DNA of 51,367 nucleotides from Chloroflexota bacterium (GTDB taxonomy: Bacteria > Chloroflexota > Anaerolineae > Anaerolineales > Villigracilaceae), in NCBI GenBank assembly GCA_016865985.1, contig VGNO01000001.1, positions 1-51,367 of the forward strand, read 5' to 3'. The notes below the pieces were generated by a model. That model was not told the DNA's origin, ran no database searches, and saw only the letters and a list, made by a program, of their open reading frames with translations. Made by a program: the position numbers and the translations under genes. Positions 38,689 to 47,644 of the stretch are shown here, piece by piece. Numbering within the stretch: position 1 is the stretch's first letter; every line of letters begins with the position of its first letter.

Positions 38689-39624
38689 TCACTTCTCACT
38701 TTCGACCCGGCTGGCCGGCGCGGCCGGCTTGGCCTTGGCCAGCGCCTTCTCCATCGCCGGGACCGCCTGCGGCTCCTTGATGGCCTTTGCCAGCCGTTTG
38801 ACCATCACCGCCTGGCGCGCTCCCGCCTTTGCGCCCAACTCTTCCAGGGCGGATTCCAGCCAGGCCTGGTAGGAACGGACGCAGATGTAGACCGGGCGGG
38901 CGCCCCATCCGGGCAGCGCCGCCAGTTGGGCGGGACCGCACCCGGAATCGGGCAGGACAAGCGGCTGGAGCCAGACGCCGAGCGCCCCGCTTGTCACCGC
39001 CATGTAGGCCTGCAACTCGCCCTGGGTCGATTGGTGTGACCCGGCGGGCAGGCGGCAGACCAGCCCGGAGGCCTGTTTCGGCAGGTTCTCGATGGGCTGG
39101 AGCAAGGCCGGGACGATCTGCCCGCGCAGCGATTGGACTGCCGCCCAATCGCCGTCCACGGAGTCGCGCCAGGCCTGCCCCGCCGGGCGGGGAACCGCCC
39201 GGGGCAATTGCCACACCCGCTGCCAGGCATAAATGGCAAAACCCGCCTGGCGCAGGGACTTGAATACCGGCGACTCCTCCTCCACCTCGGCGATGATGTG
39301 CAACGCCCCCCACTCCCCGGCCTGGGACGAGAGATGTTCGAGCAAGGGGAGCGTCTGGCCGTCCAGGCTGGCGGCCGGGGCGAGGAAGGTCAGGCGCGCC
39401 AGAGCGTTGTCCCCGCCCAGGACGACCTGTCCCATCAGGGAATCGCCGTTGGCAGCCGCAACCGCGGTGTATATATTCCGGCGCGGGTCGAGGTAGGCGA
39501 GCAGGGCCGCCGCGCCGAGTGGGTTGCCGCGCGTCAGGAGACGGGCGCTGTCGAGGCAGAGCACATCATGGCGGTAGCGTGAGAGGAAGGGCAGGTCGAG
39601 CAGGTCGAGGGAGCGGACGGTCAT
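38689..39624 (-). CDS. Hypothetical protein, possibly GNAT-like acetyltransferase fold
   Basis: 311 aa. The segment HIIAEVEEESPVFKSLRQAGFAIYAWQRVW resembles a GNAT C-terminal core. Otherwise unassigned. Confidence 0.55.
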   Translation of the reverse strand: MTVRSLDLLDLPFLSRYRHDVLCLDSARLLTRGNPLGAAALLAYLDPRRNIYTAVAAANGDSLMGQVVLGGDNALARLTFLAPAASLDGQTLPLLEHLSSQAGEWGALHIIAEVEEESPVFKSLRQAGFAIYAWQRVWQLPRAVPRPAGQAWRDSVDGDWAAVQSLRGQIVPALLQPIENLPKQASGLVCRLPAGSHQSTQGELQAYMAVTSGALGVWLQPLVLPDSGCGPAQLAALPGWGARPVYICVRSYQAWLESALEELGAKAGARQAVMVKRLAKAIKEPQAVPAMEKALAKAKPAAPASRVESEK

Positions 39625-39654
39625 GGTTTCGGGTTGGGCGGGGTTGCCCCTCCC

Positions 39655-40221
39655 TTACTTTGCCAACGAGAGAAAATATTCGTGGAAGCGTGTGTCCTGC
39701 GTCAGTTCCGGGTGGAAGGAGGTGGCCAGTAATTTTTCCTGCCGGGCGGCAACGATGCGTCCATCCGGCAGGGTGGATAGGATGCGCGCCTCCCCGCTCA
39801 CCGCCTCGATGATCGGGGCGCGGATGAAGACGGCAGGGTAGGGCGCGCCTCCGCTAAGTTCGGGGATTTCGAGTTCGGCCTCGAACGATTCGACCTGCCG
39901 CCCGAATGCATTGCGTTCCACGCTGATATCCATCAGGCCGAGCAGGGGCTGGCTGCGGCGGGCGTCCTTCGAGAGGAAGATGGCCCCGGCGCAGGTACCC
40001 CAGATGGCGTATGTTTTACCGAACTCACGCAACGGCTCCAGCAGGCCAAAATCCACCGCCAGTTTTCCAATGGTGGTCGATTCACCGCCGGGGATGATCA
40101 GGCCGTCCAACCCGGCCAGGTGGTTGGGCAGGCGCACCTCAGCGGTCTGCACACCGAACCCCTTGAGCATGGCGAGGTGTTCGGCAAAATCGCCCTGGAT
40201 GGCGAGGACTCCGATGTTCAT
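39655..40221 (-). CDS. pdxT: Pyridoxal 5'-phosphate synthase glutaminase subunit PdxT
   Basis: MNIGVLAIQGDFAEH, GLIIPGGESTT, GTCAG and FHPE motifs. Start at 40221 rather than 40260. Confidence 0.92.
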   Translation of the reverse strand: MNIGVLAIQGDFAEHLAMLKGFGVQTAEVRLPNHLAGLDGLIIPGGESTTIGKLAVDFGLLEPLREFGKTYAIWGTCAGAIFLSKDARRSQPLLGLMDISVERNAFGRQVESFEAELEIPELSGGAPYPAVFIRAPIIEAVSGEARILSTLPDGRIVAARQEKLLATSFHPELTQDTRFHEYFLSLAK

Positions 40222-40293
40222 AATCAGACCGTTGACCATGGACGATGGACGGTAAGCCACACGGTCTGCGGTCCATCGTCCACGGTCGGTGTT

Positions 40294-41181
40294 TTACCAT
40301 CCCCTCCCGGCGATCTTCTCGTCTTCCGGCATCTGCGATACGTTGCGCCCGACCATCGGATCGCCGAGGTTCTTGCTGACCTCGGCCAGGATGGCAGCGT
40401 CCTGGTAATGCGTGGTGGCCTTGACGATGGCCGCGGCGCGTTTGGCGGGGTCGCCGGATTTGAAGATGCCGGAGCCGACGAACACGCCGTCCACGCCCAG
40501 TTGCATCATCAGGGCCGCGTCCGCAGGGGTGGCGATTCCGCCGGCGGCAAAGTTGACCACCGGCATGCGGCCCAGTTCCTTGGTCTCCTTGACCAGTTCG
40601 TAGGGCGCGCCGGCCTCCTTGGCGTAAGCCATCAACTCTTCGGCGGCCATGGTGGTCAGGCGGCGGATCTCGCCCAGCACGGTTCGGGCGTGGCGGACAG
40701 CCTCGACCACGTCGCCGGTGCCGGCCTCGCCCTTGGTGCGGATCATCGCCGCGCCCTCGCCGATGCGCCGCAGCGCCTCGCCCAGGTTCCGGCATCCGCA
40801 GACGAACGGGACCTTGAAGTTGTGCTTCAGGATGTGATGCTCCTCATCGGCGGGGGTGAGAACTTCGGACTCGTCAATGTAATCCACGCCAAGCGCCTCC
40901 AAAATCTGCGCTTCCACGAAATGCCCGATGCGGCACTTGGCCATGACCGGGATGGAGACCGAATCCATGATCTTGAGGATCAGTTCCGGGTCCGACATGC
41001 GCGCCACGCCGCCCTGGGCGCGGATGTCGGCCGGGACGCGTTCCAGCGCCATGACGGCGCAGGCGCCGGCCTCTTCCGCAATTTTGGCGTGTTCGGCGGT
41101 CACCACGTCCATGATGACGCCGCCTTTGAGCATCTGCGCCAGGCCTTTTTTCACGGCAATTGTACCGGTTTGCTGTTCCAT
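40294..41181 (-). CDS. pdxS: Pyridoxal 5'-phosphate synthase lyase subunit PdxS
   Basis: [28 protein letters not shown] and GEAGTG motifs. 295 aa. Confidence 0.95.
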   Translation of the reverse strand: MEQQTGTIAVKKGLAQMLKGGVIMDVVTAEHAKIAEEAGACAVMALERVPADIRAQGGVARMSDPELILKIMDSVSIPVMAKCRIGHFVEAQILEALGVDYIDESEVLTPADEEHHILKHNFKVPFVCGCRNLGEALRRIGEGAAMIRTKGEAGTGDVVEAVRHARTVLGEIRRLTTMAAEELMAYAKEAGAPYELVKETKELGRMPVVNFAAGGIATPADAALMMQLGVDGVFVGSGIFKSGDPAKRAAAIVKATTHYQDAAILAEVSKNLGDPMVGRNVSQMPEDEKIAGRGW

Positions 41182-41243
41182 AGGAAACTCCTTCTGTTGA
41201 TTTGCAGGCGTATTCTACCACGCCCGTCGGGCAGGCTATGGGC

Positions 41244-41288
41244 TTGACAAAACCAGAATTATGTATACAATTAGTACAATTATACAAT
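41244..41288 (+). promoter_or_regulatory. Near-consensus sigma-70 promoter with overlapping repeated TACAAT units (possible GntR operator)
   Basis: TTGACA (41244-41249), 16-nt spacer, TACAAT (41266-41271). Further TACAAT copies at 41275-41280 and 41283-41288. Palindromic TGTATACA core at 41263-41270. Confidence 0.55.
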
Positions 41289-41313
41289 CAAACAAAACGC
41301 AATATATGAACCT

Positions 41314-41706
41314 ATGAACCTTGAACTCGACTTCCGCTCCGGTATCCCCATCTACCTCCAGGTCGTTGACAGGATCAAGGAGATGATCGCCGACGGACGG
41401 CTCAAACCTGGAGGCCAGTTGCCCACCGTCCGCGCCCTGGCGGCCGACCTGCGCGTCAACTTCAACACCGTCGCCCGCGCCTACCGCATCCTGGACGAGG
41501 CCGGCGTCATCTCCACCCAGCAGGGACGCGGCACCTATATCCTGGATGAGCCTCCGCCCGAAACATCGGAGGCGATGCGCCGCACGGCTTTCGAGACCCT
41601 CACGGACCGTTACCTGGCCGACGCTCTCCGGCTTGGCATCCCGCTCAAGGAGATTCCGGAGATCATCCTCCGCCATTCGAATTTGAAGAAAAAAGGAGAT
41701 TCATGA
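41314..41706 (+). CDS. GntR-family (YtrA-like, short) transcriptional regulator
   Basis: PIYLQVVDRIKEMIADGRLKPGGQLPTVRALAADLRVNFNTVARAY winged-HTH. 130-aa short form. Confidence 0.88.
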   Translation: MNLELDFRSGIPIYLQVVDRIKEMIADGRLKPGGQLPTVRALAADLRVNFNTVARAYRILDEAGVISTQQGRGTYILDEPPPETSEAMRRTAFETLTDRYLADALRLGIPLKEIPEIILRHSNLKKKGDS

Positions 41707-42134
41707 TGTCGACAAAACAATCTGTTTCACTGGTGGGCTTGCTGCTCGTCGTAGCCCTCCTGGCAACCGGGTGCGGTCCGGCCAGCCCGGCCGCCCTGAC
41801 CGATGTGGAGGTGTTGGAAGTCGCCAGGAATGTGCTGGCCGCCATCGATGCCGGTGATTACCCGGCCTTCACCCGCGACTTCAGCGCCGAGATGCTGGCG
41901 GCTTTTACCGAAAGCCAGTTCACGGAGTTGGGCGACCTGCTCCATTCGACCAGCGGGAACTTCGTTGCATCCGGCGAGGCCAGTCTTTCGAACAAGCAGG
42001 GCTACGCCATCTACCGCATCATCTGCGCCTACGAATTGGAAGATGTGGTGGTGACGATCGTTTTCAAGATCGATGGGACGCAGGTCGAAGGTCTGTTCTT
42101 CGACTCGCCCAACCTGCGCGCCGCCTCGGAATAA
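41703..42134 (+). CDS. Lipoprotein, DUF3887-like
   Basis: ATGA overlap with the GntR stop. Lipobox LATGC. Size and pattern (...GDY..F...F...M) are as recalled for DUF3887. Confidence 0.65.
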   Translation: MMSTKQSVSLVGLLLVVALLATGCGPASPAALTDVEVLEVARNVLAAIDAGDYPAFTRDFSAEMLAAFTESQFTELGDLLHSTSGNFVASGEASLSNKQGYAIYRIICAYELEDVVVTIVFKIDGTQVEGLFFDSPNLRAASE

Positions 42135-42156
42135 CGGTAAGCGAAAGGAGAATGCC

Positions 42157-43095
42157 ATGCCCACCCCTGCTGTCTCGAAAACCGCAACCCCAACCAAACC
42201 GGCGCAAGACCCCCACATCCCGGGGATTGCCGGCACCCTGTTCCTGGTCCTCCTCCTCGCCAGCGCCATCGGCGGAATATTACTCGTGGATGTGGCGGGA
42301 GATTATTGGGTCGTGGCCTGGATCTTCGGCTGGCTGCTGGTCGGATTGTACTTCCTGTTCGGCCTGAAAGTGGCCTCCCAGTGGGAGAAAGCCGTCGTCC
42401 TGCGCCTGGGGCGTTTCAGGAAACTGGCCGGACCGGGAGCCTTCTGGATCATCCCCATCATCGACAACATCCCGAACTGGATCGACCACCGCGTGATGGT
42501 CACGCCCTTCTCGGCCGAGAAGACGCTCACTAAGGATACCGTCCCCGTGGACGTGGACGCGGTCCTTTTCTGGGTCGTCTGGGACGCGGAGAAGGCCGCC
42601 CTCGAAGTGGCCGACTACCGCGCCGCCATCGCCTGGGCCGCCCAGACCGCCCTGCGTGAAGTCATCGGTCAGAGCATGCTGGCCGATATCCTGGTCGGCC
42701 GCGCCAGGATGGATGCCGACCTACAGAAGATCATCGACGAGCGCACCACGCCCTGGGGCATCACCGTCCAGTCGGTCGAGATCCGTGACGTGGTCATCCC
42801 GCCCGACCTGGAAGACGCCATGTCGCGCCAGGCGCAGGCCGAACGCGAGCGCCAGGCGCGCGTCATCCTGGGCGAATCCGAAAAACAGATTGCCGACTCG
42901 TTTGCCGAAGCGTCGAAGGCCTACATCAACAATCCCACCGCCCTGCACCTGCGCGCCATGAACATGCTTTTCGAGGGGCTGAAGGAAAAGGGAGCGCTGG
43001 TCATCGTCCCCTCCAGCGCGGTGGATACGATGAACCTCGGCGGCATCAGCGGCATCGTTTCGATGGCGCAGCAGAACACGCCGAAAGGAAAGTAG
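42157..43095 (+). CDS. SPFH/band-7 (stomatin-like) membrane protein
   Basis: AAGGAG RBS and two N-terminal TM helices. WEKAVVLRLGRF..L.GPG, TKD.V.V.VDAV and EAQAERERQA motifs. Confidence 0.88.
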   Translation: MPTPAVSKTATPTKPAQDPHIPGIAGTLFLVLLLASAIGGILLVDVAGDYWVVAWIFGWLLVGLYFLFGLKVASQWEKAVVLRLGRFRKLAGPGAFWIIPIIDNIPNWIDHRVMVTPFSAEKTLTKDTVPVDVDAVLFWVVWDAEKAALEVADYRAAIAWAAQTALREVIGQSMLADILVGRARMDADLQKIIDERTTPWGITVQSVEIRDVVIPPDLEDAMSRQAQAERERQARVILGESEKQIADSFAEASKAYINNPTALHLRAMNMLFEGLKEKGALVIVPSSAVDTMNLGGISGIVSMAQQNTPKGK

Positions 43096-43100
43096 CAACT

Positions 43101-43129
43101 TGTGGAGCGAGATACTATCTCGCTCCACA
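43101..43129. repeat. Perfect 14-nt-arm palindrome in the SPFH/SdpI intergenic region
   Basis: TGTGGAGCGAGATA-C-TATCTCGCTCCACA. No U-tract follows. Confidence 0.8.
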
Positions 43130-43150
43130 TGCTGCGATAAAGGAGAAAAC

Positions 43151-43801
43151 ATGTCCACTCGCATAACACTCACCATTTCTCTCATCCTGATCCTTGCGGC
43201 TTCCCTTGCCGGCCTCTTGCTCTGGGACCGCCTGCCCGACCTCGTGGCTTCCCACTGGAACGAGCACAACCAGGTGGACGGCTACATGTCCAAATTCTGG
43301 GGCGTCTTCCTGATGCCGCTCGTCACGATCGGGATGCTTGCGCTCTTCCTGGTCATCCCGTCCATTGACCCGCTCAAGGCCAACATTGCCCAATTCCGCG
43401 AGGCCTTCAACCTGTTCATCGCGCTGATCATCGCGTTCATGGTTTACATCCATGCGCTGACGCTGGCATGGAACCTGGGATTTCAGGACTTCGAGATGGG
43501 CAGGGCTATGCTCCCGGCCATGGGACTGCTGTTCCTCTTCATCGGCTATCTGCTCCGCAAGGCGAAACGAAACTGGTTCATCGGCATCCGCACGCCCTGG
43601 ACCTTGAGCAGCGACCGCGTCTGGGACCAAACCCACCGCCTCGGCTCGATCCTGTTCCTCGCCTGCGGCCTCCTGACCATCGCCAGCGGTTTCTTCGGCG
43701 GGAGCATCGCCTTCTGGCTGCTCCTCGCGCCGTTGCTCGGTTCGGTCGTTTTCCTCGTGGCCTATTCGTACGTGCTGTACCGCCGCGAAACACGCCCATA
43801 A
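43151..43801 (+). CDS. SdpI-family / DUF1648 membrane protein
   Basis: AGGAGAA RBS. ...SHWN..NQVDGYMSKFWGVF... (DUF1648-like) then NWFIGIRTPWTLSSDRVW (SdpI-like). Confidence 0.8.
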   Translation: MSTRITLTISLILILAASLAGLLLWDRLPDLVASHWNEHNQVDGYMSKFWGVFLMPLVTIGMLALFLVIPSIDPLKANIAQFREAFNLFIALIIAFMVYIHALTLAWNLGFQDFEMGRAMLPAMGLLFLFIGYLLRKAKRNWFIGIRTPWTLSSDRVWDQTHRLGSILFLACGLLTIASGFFGGSIAFWLLLAPLLGSVVFLVAYSYVLYRRETRP

Positions 43802-43878
43802 GTTTCACGTGGAACAGCCGCTGTAGAGGCCGTGGCTGGAAATAGCGCCCTCTTCCCGCCCGATTTTTGGAGGTAAGA

Positions 43879-44094
43879 ATGTCAGAACTCAATCAATGGG
43901 AATACCGGGTAAAAACCTTTGGATCGTTCTTCAAAGGCGTTAAAGACGCTGACCTGGAGGCCGAACTCGACCAGTGGGGCGAAGAAGGCTGGGAGGTCGT
44001 TGCCTACCGCATGATCGAGAACAGCAACCAGGGACAGGTGATCGCCAAACGTCCGCTCGACCGCACCGCCCGCCGCTGGCGCTCGATGCCGTAA
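43879..44094 (+). CDS. DUF4177-like small protein
   Basis: GGAGG RBS. 71 aa. WEYRV...L...GEEGWEVV pattern. Confidence 0.65.
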   Translation: MSELNQWEYRVKTFGSFFKGVKDADLEAELDQWGEEGWEVVAYRMIENSNQGQVIAKRPLDRTARRWRSMP

Positions 44095-44124
44095 TCCATT
44101 CGTCTTACCGAACAGGAGCCGCCC

Positions 44125-44328
44125 ATGAATGCTTCCGAACTCACGCAATACATTCCCTTCCTCATCCCGGTCGTGATCATCCAACTGGGTCTGGTGATCG
44201 CCGCCCTCTTGGACCTCATCCGCCGAGAGCGCACGCGCGGCCCCAAGTGGGCCTGGGCGCTGGTCATCGTGCTGGTCAACTTCATCGGGCCCATCCTCTA
44301 CTTCGTCGTCGGAAGGAAGGACGAATGA
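44125..44328 (+). CDS. PLD-nuclease N-terminal domain (PLDc_N) small membrane protein
   Basis: 67 aa, two TM helices, KWAWALVIVLVNFIGPILYFVVGRK motif. Confidence 0.8.
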   Translation: MNASELTQYIPFLIPVVIIQLGLVIAALLDLIRRERTRGPKWAWALVIVLVNFIGPILYFVVGRKDE

Positions 44329-45254
44329 TCCGGGTCGAAAATCTTCACAAACACTACGGCGTTGTCCGCGCCCTCGACGGACTGGACATGACCGTGGAGG
44401 AGGGGACGATCTACGGCTTCCTCGGACCGAACGGCGCCGGCAAGACGACAACCCTGCGCATCCTGGCCGGGCTGGCGCGTCCCGCCTCGGGACGGGCAAG
44501 CGTGGCGGGCGTGGACCTGGCCGCGGACGGCCGCGCCCTCTCCCGCCGCCTCGGATACCTGCCCGAGGAGCCGGCTTTCTATCCCTGGATGACGCCGCGC
44601 GAATTCCTCGACTACCTTGGCCGGCTGCACGGACTTTCCGCCGCCGAACGCGCTGCGCAGATCCGCGAACTGCTCGAACTGGTTCACCTCGCGGAAGCGG
44701 CGAAGCGCCGCATCGGCGGGTTCTCGCGTGGGATGCGCCAGCGGCTGGGGCTGGCCGCCGCCCTCGTTCACAACCCGGAGGCTCTGCTGCTGGACGAGCC
44801 CGTCAGCGCCCTCGACCCAATCGGGCGCAAGGAGATGCTCGAAACGATCGAAAACCTGCGCGGCCAGTGTACCGTGCTGATGTCCAGCCACATCCTGGCA
44901 GACGTGGAACGCGTCTGCAACGCCGTCGGGATTATCGCCAGGGGCCGGATGGTCGTCCAGGCGCGGCGCGAGGCGCTGTTGGAGCGGTACGCGCAGCCGG
45001 TCTTCACGGCCGAGACCGCAGATGCCGCCTCGGCCCAGCGTTGGGCAGGCCGGCTCCAGGTCCAGCCGTGGGCCGCCGCCGTCAGCGTTGAGGGGGAGAG
45101 GGTGCGCGTTACCGTCAACGAAATCGCCCGCGCCCGGCGCGAGATCCTGCCGTCCGCCGTCGCGGCAGAAATCGTGCTGCGGCGGTTTGAAGAGATGCGT
45201 CCCTCGCTGGAGGATGTGTTCCTGCAATTGACCGGGAAGGAGGCGGCGCAATGA
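44325..45254 (+). CDS. ABC transporter ATP-binding protein
   Basis: ATGA overlap with the upstream stop. Walker A GPNGAGKTTT, signature FSRGMRQRL, Walker B LLLDEP. Confidence 0.92.
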   Translation: MIRVENLHKHYGVVRALDGLDMTVEEGTIYGFLGPNGAGKTTTLRILAGLARPASGRASVAGVDLAADGRALSRRLGYLPEEPAFYPWMTPREFLDYLGRLHGLSAAERAAQIRELLELVHLAEAAKRRIGGFSRGMRQRLGLAAALVHNPEALLLDEPVSALDPIGRKEMLETIENLRGQCTVLMSSHILADVERVCNAVGIIARGRMVVQARREALLERYAQPVFTAETADAASAQRWAGRLQVQPWAAAVSVEGERVRVTVNEIARARREILPSAVAAEIVLRRFEEMRPSLEDVFLQLTGKEAAQ

Positions 45255-46012
45255 ACTTCTTCGTGGTCCTTCGCAAGGAATTGACCGAGCAGTGGTGGAC
45301 GAAGCGCCTGTTGATCGTGGCGGCGGCGCTGGCAGCCTTCGGCCTGGCCTCGCCGCTCTTGGCAAAGTTCACGCCGGAACTGCTCAAATCGGTCCCCGAC
45401 CTGCCCGCCGGCCTGGCCGACCTGATCCCCGCGCCGACCCTGGCCGACGCGGTGGCGCAGTACGTGAAGAACATGAGCCAGTTCGGGATTTTGTTGGCGG
45501 CGCTGATGAGCATGGGCGCGGTGGCGCAGGAGAAGGAACGCGGCACGGCGGCGATGATACTGGCGCGGCCGGTGGCGCGGCTGGAATTCCTGCTTGCCAA
45601 GTTCGCCGCGCTGGCGCTGACCTTCACGGCCAGCCTGGCGCTGGGCGCCCTCGGTTGCTGGTATTACACCCTGTTGTTGTTCGAACCGCTGGCGTGGGGA
45701 CCGTTCCTGGCGCTGAACGGGTTAATGCTGGTTGCCTTCCTCGTCTACGTTGCCGTGACACTGCTGTGCAGCACGCTGGCGCGGACGCAGGCCGCCGCGG
45801 CCGGGCTGGCCTTTGCCGGGCTGCTGCTGGTGGCGGGTGTCGGCTCGCTGCCGCGCCTCGAGGAATACTCCCCCGGGCGGCTGTTCACATGGGGGGCGGG
45901 GCTGGCGCTGGGGAACGCCGACCCGGCCTGGCCGGCGTTGTGGGTCAGCCTCGGCTCGATCTTCGCCGCGCTGGCCGCGGCCTGGCTGGTATTTCGCCGG
46001 CAGGAAGTGTAA
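45251..46012 (+). CDS. ABC-2-type transporter permease
   Basis: ATGA overlap with the ATPase stop. Six hydrophobic helices. 253 aa. Confidence 0.85.
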   Translation: MNFFVVLRKELTEQWWTKRLLIVAAALAAFGLASPLLAKFTPELLKSVPDLPAGLADLIPAPTLADAVAQYVKNMSQFGILLAALMSMGAVAQEKERGTAAMILARPVARLEFLLAKFAALALTFTASLALGALGCWYYTLLLFEPLAWGPFLALNGLMLVAFLVYVAVTLLCSTLARTQAAAAGLAFAGLLLVAGVGSLPRLEEYSPGRLFTWGAGLALGNADPAWPALWVSLGSIFAALAAAWLVFRRQEV

Positions 46013-46031
46013 CCAGTCCCATCCTCCAGGC

Positions 46032-46063
46032 TGGAGCGCGAGCCGTTGCGCTCCACTTTTTTA
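46032..46063 (+). terminator. Intrinsic terminator ending the GntR-ABC locus
   Basis: TGGAGCGC-GAGCCGTT-GCGCTCCA followed by CTTTTTTAT. Confidence 0.8.
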
Positions 46064-46127
46064 TCCGGGAACAGAACATATATTCTATCTTGATTAAGCG
46101 TCGAATCGAGGCTACACTATAGGCGCT

Positions 46128-47390
46128 ATGGACGATCATCGAACGCAGGACCGCATCGCCGAATTGCGCCGGATGGCCGAACAACTGGCGCGGCTGGTTG
46201 AAGTCAGCATCACCCTCAACTCCACCCTCAACGTGGAGGAACTGTTGCGCTTCATCATCCGCACCGCCCTCGAATTGCTGGAGTGCGAGGCGGTATCCAT
46301 TCTGCTGCACGATGAGAAGAGCGGGCGTCTGTTCTTCGCCGATTCCGCCGGATCCGACCAGGAGAAACTCTCGAAACTCTCCATCCCACTCGAAGGCAGC
46401 ATCGCCGGGACCATCTTCCGCGAGAACCGCCCCATCATCCTGAACGATGTCATGAGCGACCCGCGCCATTATGTGCAGGTGTCGAAATACATCAACTTCG
46501 AGCCGCGCAACCTGCTGGGAGTCCCGATGCGCATCCGCGACCGGGTGACCGGCGTGCTGGAGGCCCTCAACAAGAAGGAGGGAGGATTCACAGAAGCCGA
46601 CCAGGACATGCTGGCGGTGATCGCCTCCCAGGCGGCAGTCGCCATCCACAACGCCCACCTGTTGCAGGCATTACAGGTCGCTTACGATGACCTGAATGAA
46701 GCCGACAAGTTGAAGACGAATTTCCTGGCGCTGGCCTCCCACGAACTGCGGACCCCGCTCGGCATCATCATCGGTTATGCCTCCTTCCTGCAGGATGAAT
46801 CCCACGGGGAGTTGTCCGAACATGCCGAGCATGTGTTGAACGCCGCCATGCAGATGCGCTCCCTGGTGGACGCCATGACCAACCTCAACATGCTGCGCGC
46901 CAAGGGACTGGTCCTGCGGACGCTGGTGATGCCCATCCAGAAGGTGTTGCGTTCGGCCTGCGACGAGATCCGTCCCCTGGCGGAAGCCAAGAACCAGGAG
47001 TTGTTGATCGTCCTGCCGGAGAAATCCATCCCGGTCCAGGCCGACCCGGAGCGGCTGGCGACCGTCTTCAGCAACCTGTTGAACAACGCCATCCGCTTCA
47101 CCCCCGAGGGCGGACGGATCATGGTCGGCGCCCAGGAGCAGTTGGGCAATGTCCTGGTCTGGGTGGAGGATAACGGGATCGGCATCCCGCCCGGCGAGTT
47201 GAAGCGCATTTTCCAGCCCTTCCACCAGGCCGAGCCGCACATGACCCGCCGCCACGGCGGGCTTGGCATCGGGCTGGCCATCGCCCAGGGACTGGCCGAG
47301 GCGCACGGGGGCAAGATGTGGGCCGAGAGTGAGGGGCAGGGCAAGGGCGCCTGCTTCAAAGTCTCCCTGCCGCTGGCGAAGACGGAGTGA
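46128..47390 (+). CDS. GAF-domain sensor histidine kinase (cytoplasmic)
   Basis: GAF region, H-box LASHELRTPL, N-box NLLNNAIRF, G1 DNGIGI, G2 GGLGIGLAI. No adjacent response regulator. Confidence 0.9.
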   Translation: MDDHRTQDRIAELRRMAEQLARLVEVSITLNSTLNVEELLRFIIRTALELLECEAVSILLHDEKSGRLFFADSAGSDQEKLSKLSIPLEGSIAGTIFRENRPIILNDVMSDPRHYVQVSKYINFEPRNLLGVPMRIRDRVTGVLEALNKKEGGFTEADQDMLAVIASQAAVAIHNAHLLQALQVAYDDLNEADKLKTNFLALASHELRTPLGIIIGYASFLQDESHGELSEHAEHVLNAAMQMRSLVDAMTNLNMLRAKGLVLRTLVMPIQKVLRSACDEIRPLAEAKNQELLIVLPEKSIPVQADPERLATVFSNLLNNAIRFTPEGGRIMVGAQEQLGNVLVWVEDNGIGIPPGELKRIFQPFHQAEPHMTRRHGGLGIGLAIAQGLAEAHGGKMWAESEGQGKGACFKVSLPLAKTE

Positions 47391-47644
47391 AAGAAAAATA
47401 GAGACCTTCGGTCAAAACCCGGCGGGGTCGGAGACCCTCGCCGGACGAGAGCGGGATTCACTTATGTGACCAGGATTGGGCGGGTCAGGAGACATCGCCA
47501 TAGCAAGTTTTGCTCATGCACTTGGTTAGCCATCTCTATCGGTTGGTGTGAGCCGCGCCCACCCGCCCCCGCGAGCAAGACCCGGTAGTTTAAAGACAAG
47601 GGTGGGCGTCGGCTCCACACGATGTTGGGCGGCCGGGGGCGGTA

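Noticed and set aside
40120-41247. ORF 40120..41247 (+, 375 aa) and ORF 44298..45365 (-, 355 aa)
   Set aside because: They are antisense to pdxS/pdxT and to the ABC ATPase respectively. Those genes are unambiguous, and the antisense products are low-complexity.
47391-47644. GC-rich 254-bp intergenic region with complementary blocks (CGCCCACCC/GGGTGGGCG and CCGCCCCCG/CGGGGGCGG) as a possible ncRNA or pseudoknot
   Set aside because: The blocks are short and G/C-only, and their order does not give a simple nested fold. I recognise no known RNA family. The region may just hold terminators of the convergent kinase and hydrolase genes.
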